DNA from: an uncultured delta proteobacterium
GTDB taxonomy: Bacteria > Desulfobacterota > Binatia > Binatales > Binataceae
DNA: 64,000 bases
NCBI GenBank assembly: GCA_963747845.1
Contig: CAVVGR010000007.1
Location: 194,025-258,024 of the forward strand
Reading direction: 5' to 3'
The notes beneath the pieces were generated by a model. It ran no database searches. It saw only the letters and a list, made by a program, of their open reading frames with translations, and was not told the origin of the DNA. The translations under genes and the position numbers were made by a program. Below are positions 1 to 9,187 of the stretch, one piece after another (the first letter of the stretch is position 1; each line of letters opens with the position of its first letter).

Positions 1-2169
1 TTTTCCCGGCCAGCAGGCGTGCTTCGAGAATCGGCCGGGCGCAATCGAGCTGCCCGACCATTTTGTGATCGACGAAACGATTCGCGAATGCCTCGAGGAG
101 TCGACCGACCTGCCGCGCACGGTGCGGATGCTCGAAGGAATCGAGAGCGGCGCGATTCGCACAGTGGCGGTGGACGCGAATAGCGCCGTCGGTGTTTGCG
201 CATCGGCTGCTGCTCGCGTGGGACTACTCGTTCCTCGACGACGGCGAACGCGCCAATCGCCGCTCGCGCACCGTCACGATGAATCGCGGGATGGCCGAGG
301 ACGTGTTCCGCAAAGAGGACCTTTCCGATTTGCTCTCGGCCGATGCCGTCGACAGCGTCGTCGCGGAAGTGACCGGGCGCGCTGCGGGACGCAGGCCGCG
401 CTCGCGCGACGAGCTGTACGAACTGATTCGGGCGCACGGCTCGTTGACGCAGGCCGAGGTCGAAGAACGCGTGGGCGAGGGCGCGCGCGCGATGCTTGCG
501 GAGTTGGACGCGGAGGCGCGAATCGCGCGCATCAGCCTGAGCGGCGATTTGCCCGAAAGAATCATCGCCAGCGAGGACAGGGCTCTCTTCGCTGCTGCCT
601 ATTCTAGCGGCGAGGGCGTCGACGCGGACACTGCGCGCGCCGAGCTCGTACGTCGAGCACTCAAGACCTGCGGACCGACGACTGCCGCTGACGTTGCGGC
701 GCGGTTACATCTCAAAGAATCGACAATCGAGCAGAACCTGGCGGCGTTGGAAGCGCAGGGCGCGATTTTTCGCGGTCACTTCACCCGCGCCGACGTGACG
801 CAATGGTGCGACCGCTACAACCTCGAGCGGATACATCGGATGACGCTGGCGCGCGTGCGCGCTGAAATCGAACCGTGCGCGGACCACGAATACGCGGCGT
901 TTCGGCTGCGATGGATGCATGTCGGCGGCGCTGAACTTGCCGCCGATCAAACTGGTGTCGCGGCGGTGCTCGATCAGCTTTCCGGAATCGCGGCGACGCC
1001 CGAGATTTGGGAGCATGCGATCCTGCCGGCGCGAATCGCCGGCTATCGGCCCGAGATGCTCGACCTCGTTTGCATGAGCGGGCAGATGAAGTGGGTCGCG
1101 GTGCCGGCAGAAACCGCTCGAAGGTGCGCGTCCCGCGAGCACGCCGTCGCGGGTTACGTTCGTTGCGCGCAAAGCCAGCCTGTTTGTTCCGCGCGAAGAG
1201 ATTGAGCCTGAAGACGCGAAAGAACGCGCGGTGCTGGAGGCTCTGGGAGCCGCCGGTGCGCAGTATCTCGACGAGGTTGCCGAGCGCGCGAATATTTCCG
1301 AGCGCGACGCGTTGTCCGCGCTGTGGCGGATGGCGGCAGCGGGGCGCGTCAGCAACGACAACTTCGCGCCGCTCAGGATGTTTGCCGACGATCGCGCCGC
1401 CGAGCGCGCGCTCGAGTCGGTTGCGCGACGACCCACGACGCGTCACGACGCCGCAGTACGTGCGCGGCTGAAGTCGAGCCTCGCTGGCCGCTGGTCGTTG
1501 ATCCGCGCGGCCGAAGCGCCCGCGGTCGGCGCCGACGATACGCGGGAGCTTGCGCTCAAACTGCTCGAGCGTCATGGAGTTCTCGCGCGCGAGATGCTTG
1601 GTATCGAATCGACGCATATCTCGTGGAGCGAAATTTCATTCGCGCTGCGCCGTCTGGAATATGGCGGCATGATTCGGCGCGGATGGTTCGTGCGGTCGCT
1701 ATCGGGCGAGCAGTACGCGCTGCCCGAAGCGGTCGAGATGCTTCACGCGGCGCGCAATCTCGTCCCGGCGCGCGAGAAGCCGCTCGCGCTGAGCGCGATC
1801 GATCCAGCCAATCCGTACGGCGCGGTGATTCCCGGATGCGGAATCGCGCGCGAGGCCGGCAACGTGGTCGTCCTTCGCGCAGGGCGCGTAATTGCAGGCT
1901 TGCAGGGACGCGCCATGATCAGCGGAGATGTAGACGGCGGCGGCGCGGTGGATGACGAGAGTTTTGGCGCGGCGGTCGCGGCGCTGATGACGTTGAAGCC
2001 GCGAATCACGATCGATTCAATCGACGGCGTCGCGGCGCTCGAGTCGCCGCGCGTGGGAATCCTGGCCGCGATGCGATTCCATTCTGACGGCCGCTCGCTG
2101 GTGTTCGACGGCTTGCATGGCCCGGCGCCGGCTCGCTCTATTTCGCCTCGGCAGGTAAACTTAAAGTGA
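1..2169 (+). CDS. lhr: Lhr-family ATP-dependent helicase, C-terminal portion (5' end outside the window; reading frame broken at least twice)
   Basis: Frame 2 from nt 2 reads FPGQQACFENRPGAIELPDHFVIDETIRECLEE...GAIRTVAVD. Frame 3 (ORF 192-1205) continues PSVFAHRLLLAWDYSFLDDGERANRR, the block typical of the DEAD/H-associated domain of Lhr. Frame 1 (ORF 1231-2169, extendable back to about 1090) continues VTFVARKASLFVPREE...LEALGAAGAQYLDEV. Frame switches lie near 185 and 1110-1135. Confidence 0.7.
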
Positions 2170-2652
2170 CACATGAAGAAAACGCCGCGGACCTTGGGGG
2201 CCTGCAGGCGATAATCGATCGCAGCACGAAGACCGCAACGCCGTCGGTCGCGGATTCCGTCGCGTATCCCGCACGCCAGATGACCGCGGCGGAGTTCGTC
2301 GAGTTCTGGAGCAGCGTCAGGCTGGTCGCGATGGCCACGGTCGGCGCCAAGGGGCAACCACACCTGGCGCCGGTGCATGCGCAGATCGCGGGGACGTCGC
2401 TCAAGCTGGTGATTTACGACAATACAGTGCGTCGCGACCGACCTCGCGCGCAATCCGCGCGTCGGCTTCACGACCTGGAATGACGAAGGCGCGGCCGTGA
2501 TCGTCTATGGAAAGGCGCGCGAAGTGCCGGACTCGATTCGCGACGCGCGCTCGGGGCAGAGCGGCAAGCCGCGCCGGGTGATCGGAATCGAAGTGGCGAT
2601 TTCGCGAATCTACGCGATGCGCGCGCCGCAACGATCGCCCGCCGCAAGTTAG
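2166..2652 (+). CDS. pyridoxamine 5'-phosphate oxidase (PPOX/F420-type) family protein, one apparent frameshift
   Basis: ORF 2166-2483 (AEFVEFWSSVRLVAMATVGAKGQPHLAPVHAQIAG) continues after a shift near 2425 as VATDLARNPRVGFTTWNDEGAAVIVYGKAREV...AAS, ending at TAG 2650-2652. The GTG start overlaps the lhr stop (GTGA). Confidence 0.55.
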
Positions 2653-2784
2653 CCGGTTGCGTGAAGTCGCGCGCGCGCTATTCTGAACGCATAGAAAATC
2701 GAATCGAATTGGAATGCACGCGGGATTTGGACTCGCGTACAACGTCACTCTCCACTCTCGCAGAATGAAGGGCAGGCTCGATCA

Positions 2785-5548
2785 ATGGCGACTAACAGTT
2801 TCGGTGCACGTTCGACGCTGACGGTTGACGGCAAAAGCTACACGATTTACAAGCTCGAGGCGCTCGAGAAGCACGGTTTCTCGCTCGCGCGGATGCCGTA
2901 TTCGATCAAGGTGATGATCGAGAACGTGCTCCGGCGCGAGGATGGCGTCATCGTCACTACCGGGCAGATCGAAGCGCTGGCCCGCTGGAGCGGCAAGGGC
3001 GGAGAGCGCGAAGTCTCGTTCATGCCGGCGCGCGTGCTGTTGCAGGACTTCACCGGCGTGCCGGTGGTCGCTGATCTGGCGGTGATGCGCGATGCGATCA
3101 AGAAGCTCGGCGGCGATCCCGACAAGATCAGCCCGCTGCAGCCGGTTGATTTGGTGATCGATCATTCGGTGCAGGTCGATTCATTCGGCAGCGCTGGCGC
3201 GTTCGCGGCCAATGCGGAGCTGGAATTCGATCGCAACCAGGAGCGCTATCTCTTTCTGCGCTGGGGGCAGGGCGCCTTCGACAATTTCCGCGTCGTGCCG
3301 CCCGACACCGGCATCGTTCACCAGGTAAATCTCGAATATCTCGCGCCGGTGGTCTTCTCGTCGGACAAGGGCGAGGCGTATCCCGACACCGTGATCGGCA
3401 CGGACTCGCACACGACGATGATCAACGGGCTCGGCGTCGTCGGCTGGGGCGTCGGCGGAATCGAGGCCGAAGCTGCGATGCTCGGGCGCTCGATGCCGAT
3501 GCTGATTCCCGAAGTGATCGGATTTCGTCTTGCGGGCAGCCTGCGTCCGGGCGCGACTGCTACCGACCTCGTGCTGACCGTCACGCAGATGCTGCGCAAG
3601 AAAGGCGTCGTCGGCAAGTTCGTCGAGTACTTCGGGCCGGGGCTCGCGTCGCTGCCGGTGGCCGATCGCGCGACGCTCGGCAACATGTCGCCCGAGTATG
3701 GCGCGACGATGGGATTTTTCCCGGTCGACGATCAGACGCTCACGTACCTGCGGCTGACCGGGCGCAGCGACAGCCAGATCAGATTGATCGAGGCCTACTG
3801 CAAGGCGCAAGGATTGTTCAACTCTCCCGACGCGCCCGAGCCTCACTATTCCGACACGCTCGAGCTCGATCTTGGCACCGTGGTGCCGAGCATGGCCGGG
3901 CCGCGCCGTCCGCAGGATCGAGTTGCGCTGACGGCGGCCAAGGGCGACTTCCGTCGCGAGCTGGCCAAGGAATTCGAGGGACATCCGAGCGTCGATCCCG
4001 CGGAGCTGGCGAAGTGGGTGGCCGAAGGCGGCAACGGCGCGACGGCGGTCGAAAGCACGGTTCTCGAAACGAAGCTCGGGCATATCGCGCACAAGGTCGA
4101 AGTGCATTCCGAGGAAGGGCACTTCCCGTTGACGCATGGCTCGATCGTGATCGCGGCGATAACCAGCTGCACCAACACCTCGAATCCGTCGGTGATGCTC
4201 GCGGCAGGAATTTTGGCGAAGAAGGCGGTCGAGCGCGGGCTGACGGTCAAGCCGTGGGTGAAGACCAGCCTCGCCCCGGGCTCGAAGGTCGTTACGCAAT
4301 ATCTCAAGCGCGCGGGTCTGACGGAGTCGCTCGAAAAGCTGCGCTTCAACCTGGTCGGCTACGGCTGCACGACGTGTATCGGCAATAGCGGGCCGGTTGC
4401 CGAGGCCATCGCTGGCGCGGTGAAGCAGGGCAACCTGGTGGCATGCTCGATACTGAGCGGCAATCGCAATTTCGAAGGCCGCATCAATCCCGTGGTGCGA
4501 TTCAACTACCTCGCGTCGCCGCCGCTGGTGGTCGCGTACGCGATTGCGGGCACGATGGATATCGACGTCGAGAATCAGCCGCTCGGCACGGGCTCCGACG
4601 GACGTCCGGTATTTCTGCGCGACATCTGGCCATCGCAGGAGGAAGTCGCGGCCGCGGTCACCGGTTCGGTTCACGCCTCGATGTTCAAGAGCGAGTACGG
4701 CCAGGTGTTCGAGGGCGACGAGCGATGGAAAAGCCTGAAGGTTCCGGAGGGCAACCTGTTTCGCTGGGAAGAGGATTCGCTGTACGTGAAGGCGCCGCCG
4801 TTTTTCGACGGTGTGACCGCCAAGGTCGGCGAGTTCACCGACATCAGCGGAGCGCGCGCGCTGGCGGTGCTCGGCGACAGCGTGACGACCGATCATATTT
4901 CGCCGGCCGGCTCGATCGGTGCGGACAGTCCCGGCGGGAAAATATCTGATCGAGCACGGCGTCCAGCCCAAGGATTTCAACTCGTACGGCGCGCGGCGCG
5001 GAAATCATGAAGTGATGATGCGCGGCACGCTCGCGAATATCCGGCTGAAGAATCTGATGGTGCCCGGCGTCGAAGGCGGCTTCACGGTGCATCTGCCGGA
5101 CGGTGAGAAGACGACGATTTTCGACGCGTCGGAGCGTTACCGCAAAGACGGCGTGCCGCTGATCGTGATCGCCGGCAAGGAATACGGCACCGGTTCGTCG
5201 CGCGATTGGGCCGCCAAGGGCGTGCAACTGCTCGGCGTGCGCGCGGTAATCGCCGAGAATTTCGAACGGATCCATCGCAGCAACCTGATTGGAATGGGCG
5301 TGCTCGCGCTCGAGTTCAAGCCGGGCGAAAATCGGCAGAAGCTGGGGCTGACCGGGCAGGAAGTATTTTCGATCACCGGACTGAAGGCGGGAATCAAGCC
5401 GCGCCAGACGCTGAAGGTGCGCGCGGAATCGAGCGGCAAGACGATCGAGTTCGAGGTGACGTTGCGCGCGGATACGCCGGAGGAGATCGAGTACATCCGC
5501 CACGGCGGAATTCTGCCGTTCGTGCTGCGCGAATTGATTCGCGCGTAG
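2785..5548 (+). CDS. acnA: aconitate hydratase A, one apparent frameshift
   Basis: ORF 2785-5010 plus ORF 4919-5548. Aconitase signatures are [26 protein letters not shown] and [17 protein letters not shown]. The expected junction DSPAGKYL is broken by one extra G at about 4933-4934 (agtcccGgcgggaaaatat). Confidence 0.95.
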
Positions 5549-5564
5549 CGGCGCGGCGTTAGCT

Positions 5565-5858
5565 TTACTGCGTGTGGCTGACAGCGCCGGGCGTGGTCGC
5601 TGCGTTTGGCGCAGCGGCCGGAGGTTTCAGCGCGGTGTCGTAGCTCGCGATGCATTTGTAAAACGATGGCATCTTCTTCAATTGCGCCTTGCACCTGGCT
5701 TCGGAATCAAGCTTCTTCAGCGTGAGCCATTGTGACAGCGGCGCCGCACTGTTCACCTGGTAATTGCCCGACGCGTCTTTCACCGGCGGCATAACCGGCG
5801 GCGGCAGCATCAGGTACCATGCAGTCAAGACCAAGGCGGTTGCATAACACTTTCGCAT
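5565..5858 (-). CDS. small hypothetical protein with a hydrophobic N-terminus (probably exported)
   Basis: 97-aa ORF with N-terminus MRKCYATALVLTAWYLML, two Cys and a Pro/Ala-rich tail. Codon usage looks normal. I recognise no family. Confidence 0.45.
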   Translation of the reverse strand: MRKCYATALVLTAWYLMLPPPVMPPVKDASGNYQVNSAAPLSQWLTLKKLDSEARCKAQLKKMPSFYKCIASYDTALKPPAAAPNAATTPGAVSHTQ

Positions 5859-5909
5859 CCCCGATCAGTTACCGATTTTCCCAGGCGAATGCGATAGGCC
5901 AGGCGAGAC

Positions 5910-7052
5910 TCAAGCCGGCTGCGGCGCCGGCGCATCGAGGCGTACTGCCGCGCCGCTTTTGCGGGTGGCGTAACGGCTCAGCAGCCTGACCACCGCGGGC
6001 GTGACTTCTTCGATCGCCTCGCGGCGGAAGCCAACCGCTTCGGGACCGCGCGCGCGCATCATCCCTAGCATCGAGAGCCGCAGCAGCGCCGCGACCGCCT
6101 GGCAGTAGCGGAACCGCTCGAACTCCATCGGCGCCATCGCATGGTAGAGCGGCATGTACAGCGCCGCGAAGCTCGCGCGCAGGCTGTTGCCGACGAGGTT
6201 GTCGCGCATCCATCGCGGCTTCTCCAGCGCCGACGACGACAGGATCACCGCCGTCATCGCGGCGTCGAGATGCCGATCGCCGACGTCGGTATTCACCCAA
6301 TCGATCACGCCGGTCACGCGCAGGCCGTCCACCATCACGTTTTGCGGGTGATAGTCCATGTGCACGAGCGAGTCCGGGCTGCGGCGAAATTTCGGCGCGC
6401 GCTCGGTGACGAGATTCAGCGCCTCGCGCAGGCCGGGCAGCGGGCCGGTCTCGACCCGATTGGCGATGATGGCGAGAATGCGATCGAGCAGAGGCGATTC
6501 AGCGCTGGCGTCGCCGATCGGCGCATACGCGCGCGGAATCTCGCGCAGACCCGCGCTCGTCGGATCGAATTTGTGCAGCCGCGACTGCGCGCGCACGAAA
6601 GAAAAAAATGCCAGCGAAAAAGTTTTGAACGCGCTCGGAAAATTTCGCACCGCGAACAGCGGACCGCCGGCGAGCCGCTGCATGATCAGAAAGGGCGCGC
6701 CCAAAGCGCGGTGATCGAGCCTCAAAGGCGTAGGGCCGCGGGACCGGAAAGCCGGCGGCGAACAGCCGATCGATGGTGGTATTTTCGCGCGCACCTTTGG
6801 CGTCGGCGAGCGAGCCTTGATAGAAGCGCAGAACCATCGGCACCCCGGCCTGGATTGCGCCGAACGTCTTCGACGGCGCCCGAGCGTGAACTCGAAGACC
6901 GTGGTCTCCCAGCCGCTGGCGAGGATGCTCAAGCGCGCAACCGGCGCGCCAAGGTAAGCCGACAGGCGTTGCTCAATATCGCGAGGGTCGAGCATTGGAT
7001 GGGCGCGGGCGGAAAAATCCGCGCGAACCGCAGCGTAATACACGCGGGCCAA
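5910..7052 (-). CDS. phosphotransferase (aminoglycoside/choline kinase-like, APH fold) family protein, two compensating frameshifts
   Basis: Kinase motifs LVHMDYHPQNVM (HxDxxxxN) and GVIDWVNTD. The central part lies in another frame (ORF 6499-6843: PMVLRFYQGSLADAKGARENTTIDRLFAAGFPVPRPYAFE), which implies shifts near 6860 and 6720. The start is uncertain (TTG 7052 or ATG 6995). Confidence 0.7.
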   Translation of the reverse strand: MARVYYAAVRADFSARAHPMLDPRDIEQRLSAYLGAPVARLSILASGWETTVFEFTLGRRRRRSAQSRPGCRWFCASIKARSPTPKVRAKIPPSIGCSPPAFRSRGPTPLRLDHRALGAPFLIMQRLAGGPLFAVRNFPSAFKTFSLAFFSFVRAQSRLHKFDPTSAGLREIPRAYAPIGDASAESPLLDRILAIIANRVETGPLPGLREALNLVTERAPKFRRSPDSLVHMDYHPQNVMVDGLRVTGVIDWVNTDVGDRHLDAAMTAVILSSSALEKPRWMRDNLVGNSLRASFAALYMPLYHAMAPMEFERFRYCQAVAALLRLSMLGMMRARGPEAVGFRREAIEEVTPAVVRLLSRYATRKSGAAVRLDAPAPQPA

Positions 7053-7055
7053 ACG

Positions 7056-7091
7056 CGCAATTGACCTGACACGCGTGTCAGGTCAATTGCG
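7056..7091. repeat. perfect 36-bp palindrome (operator or hairpin terminator candidate)
   Basis: cgcaattgacctgacacg/cgtgtcaggtcaattgcg reads identically on both strands. It lies 76 nt downstream of the HlyD-like gene and just upstream of the kinase-like gene. Confidence 0.9.
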
Positions 7092-7095
7092 GGCG

Positions 7096-7159
7096 GAGAC
7101 TCTGCTTGATTCGCAGAACCCTCACCTAACCTCTCCCGTAAAATAACGGGCGAGGGATC
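7096..7159 (-). repeat. REP-like dispersed element, family C (hairpin cccgt-aaaata-acggg plus ccctcacctaacc arm)
   Basis: gagactctgcttgattcgcagaaccctcacctaacctctcccgtaaaataacgggcgaggg recurs at 48408-48485 (inverted, with an 18-nt insertion) and 48500-48542. Confidence 0.85.
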
Positions 7160-7166
7160 AGAAAGG

Positions 7167-8336
7167 TCAGTGCTGCTGCAGCGGACTGATGAAATGTTGT
7201 TGCGTTCCGGTGTCGGGCGGCGTTTCGGCCGGCGCCGGCTGTAGCGACTCGTTGGGCAGAGTCTCGCCGTCTTCTTTCTGGTAATGCTGCTGCACCATCG
7301 AGGACAGCAGCGGGCCGCTGCGATCGCTGAGATCGATCGCGACTTCCACTGACAGCCCGAGACGCAGCGGCTTGTCGTCGGGGACCTTACCGTCGATTAC
7401 AATCTTGACCGGCACGCGCTGCACGACCTTGACCCAGTTGCCGGTCGCGTTCTCGGGCGGCAGCAGCGAGAAGGCCGCGCCGGTGCCCATACTGATCGAG
7501 TCGACGTGTCCCTGGTAGGTGTAACCGGGATAGATGTCGGCAACGATCTCCGCCTTTTGCCCGACGCGCACGTCGGTGAGCTGCGTCTCCTTGAAATTCG
7601 CGGTCACGTAGAGCTTGCGCAGCGGGACGATCGCGAGCAGTGGTTCTCCGACCTGCACGCGGTTGCCGACGTGCGCGGTTTTGTGAGTGACGACGCCGGT
7701 GAACGGCGCGGTGATTTTAGTGTAGCCCAGGTCGAGCTTGGCGGCTTCCAGAGCCGCCTCGGCCTGCCTGACTACCGGGCGGTCGTAGCGCGAATGGTCG
7801 TTGTTCTCGTTGCCCAGCGCCGCCTGGGCTTGCGTCAATTGATGCTCCGCCAGGGCTTCGTCGGCTCTCGCGATTCGCAGGCCAGTGTCGGCTTGATCGT
7901 ATTGCTCAGCCGAGACGATGCCTTGATCCTTCAGCGACTTGTACCGATCGTAGTCGATTTTCGCCTGCTTGAGCTGCGACTCGACCAGCGCTACGCCCGA
8001 CCGCGCCGCATCGACCCCCGCGTAGAGCTCATCGACCGACTGCTTGGCGCGATCGAGTTGCGCCTGCGCCTGATCGACCCTGACGTCGTAGTCGCGCGAG
8101 TCGAGCGTCAACAGCAACTGACCTTCCTTAACTGTCCAGTTGTCCTCGACATAAACGTTGGTGACGGATCCGGCGATGCGCGACGAAACCAGCGCGACGG
8201 TGCCGTCGACGTAAGCGTCATCGGTGTCGACGTGGCTTTCGAGGTATCGGTAATAATGAAAGCCGGGAACGACAGCGATGGCGATCGCGATGATCACCAC
8301 TACCAACAGGACCCGGCGTACGAGCTGCGAATTCAT
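7167..8336 (-). CDS. HlyD/EmrA-type membrane fusion (periplasmic adaptor) protein
   Basis: N-terminal TM VLLVVVIIAIAIAVV, lipoyl-like motif SSRIAGSVTNVYVEDNWTVKEGQLLLTLD, a long coiled coil (QAQAQLDRAKQ...) and a beta-barrel C-terminus. No transporter gene is adjacent. Confidence 0.85.
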   Translation of the reverse strand: MNSQLVRRVLLVVVIIAIAIAVVPGFHYYRYLESHVDTDDAYVDGTVALVSSRIAGSVTNVYVEDNWTVKEGQLLLTLDSRDYDVRVDQAQAQLDRAKQSVDELYAGVDAARSGVALVESQLKQAKIDYDRYKSLKDQGIVSAEQYDQADTGLRIARADEALAEHQLTQAQAALGNENNDHSRYDRPVVRQAEAALEAAKLDLGYTKITAPFTGVVTHKTAHVGNRVQVGEPLLAIVPLRKLYVTANFKETQLTDVRVGQKAEIVADIYPGYTYQGHVDSISMGTGAAFSLLPPENATGNWVKVVQRVPVKIVIDGKVPDDKPLRLGLSVEVAIDLSDRSGPLLSSMVQQHYQKEDGETLPNESLQPAPAETPPDTGTQQHFISPLQQH

Positions 8337-8493
8337 AGAATGATTTCAGAGGCGGGAAGATTCAGGTGCGTTTCTCGAATCGCTGACTTGCCACAGAGGC
8401 TAAGTATGACGAAAGAGGCAGGCTGTCAAACGGACCGCGGCAATCGGCGAATCGCGCCCATACTGCACGCGCTGACTCAACGCGCCGCACCGG

Positions 8494-9187
8494 TCAGGGC
8501 TCGCGAATCGTCGCGTTCGGTCCCTTGGTAACCTTGGCCACAACCTGGCCGGCGAGCGTCATGTTGAGAGTGAAAGTGCCGAAGTCATTGCTGCCGTAAA
8601 ACGTTGCGTCAACCTTGCCGTCCGGCTGATCGAACAAAATCAAAGTCGGCGCGCGCGCGTCGATCACAAAGCCGGTGTTAATGTCCTCGACCAGTGCGGT
8701 GTAGTTCTTGTTGAGCGGACCCGAGGCGAAAATCCGCAGGTCCGGATCAGCCGGCGGCGGAAGCGGGTCCAGGCGTCCCTCCCGCCTGCGTCGAGACAGT
8801 ACCAAAGGGCGCGCTGGTGGACTGCAGGTCGGCGACGCGGTTTGCGAGGATTATTTCGAGACTCAGCAGGTTGCTGTTGCTGGTGGTTTTGGTCGCGACG
8901 ATTCGGTTCGGCTGGAGGTTGTTGATGATTACGATGTAGAGCGGGACGTTGCCCTGGAGCGTCCAGGACGATCGCGAATCCGAGACGGTCGCGGTAAACG
9001 GCGTGCCGACGTCACCGAAAATGTTGTACGACGTCAGCTTCGGCGCATTGGGCGTACTGCCGACGCTGCCGGAAAATCCAGTCTGGTTGTTGCACCCCGC
9101 AATTGACAAGGCGAGCGCGAAACTCATAGCGCTCATCGCCAGTACCCGCACGGGATTCCACATCTTCCGGATCGTCACTGCGTGCAT
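8494..9187 (-). CDS. lipoprotein of unknown function (two similar beta-rich halves), one apparent frameshift
   Basis: Signal peptide plus lipobox MSAMSFALALSIAGC within ORF 8747-9670. The C-terminal half is in ORF 8494-8805 (LRIFASGPLNKNYTALVEDINTGFVIDAR...), with a shift near 8750-8790. Its ATG overlaps the stop of the upstream gene (TGATG at 9189-9185). Confidence 0.6.

Noticed and set aside
3181-4980. 599-aa ORF on the minus strand opposite acnA.
   Set aside because: It is Arg/Ala/His-rich low-complexity translation typical of the antisense frame of a high-GC gene. The sense strand encodes an unmistakable aconitase.
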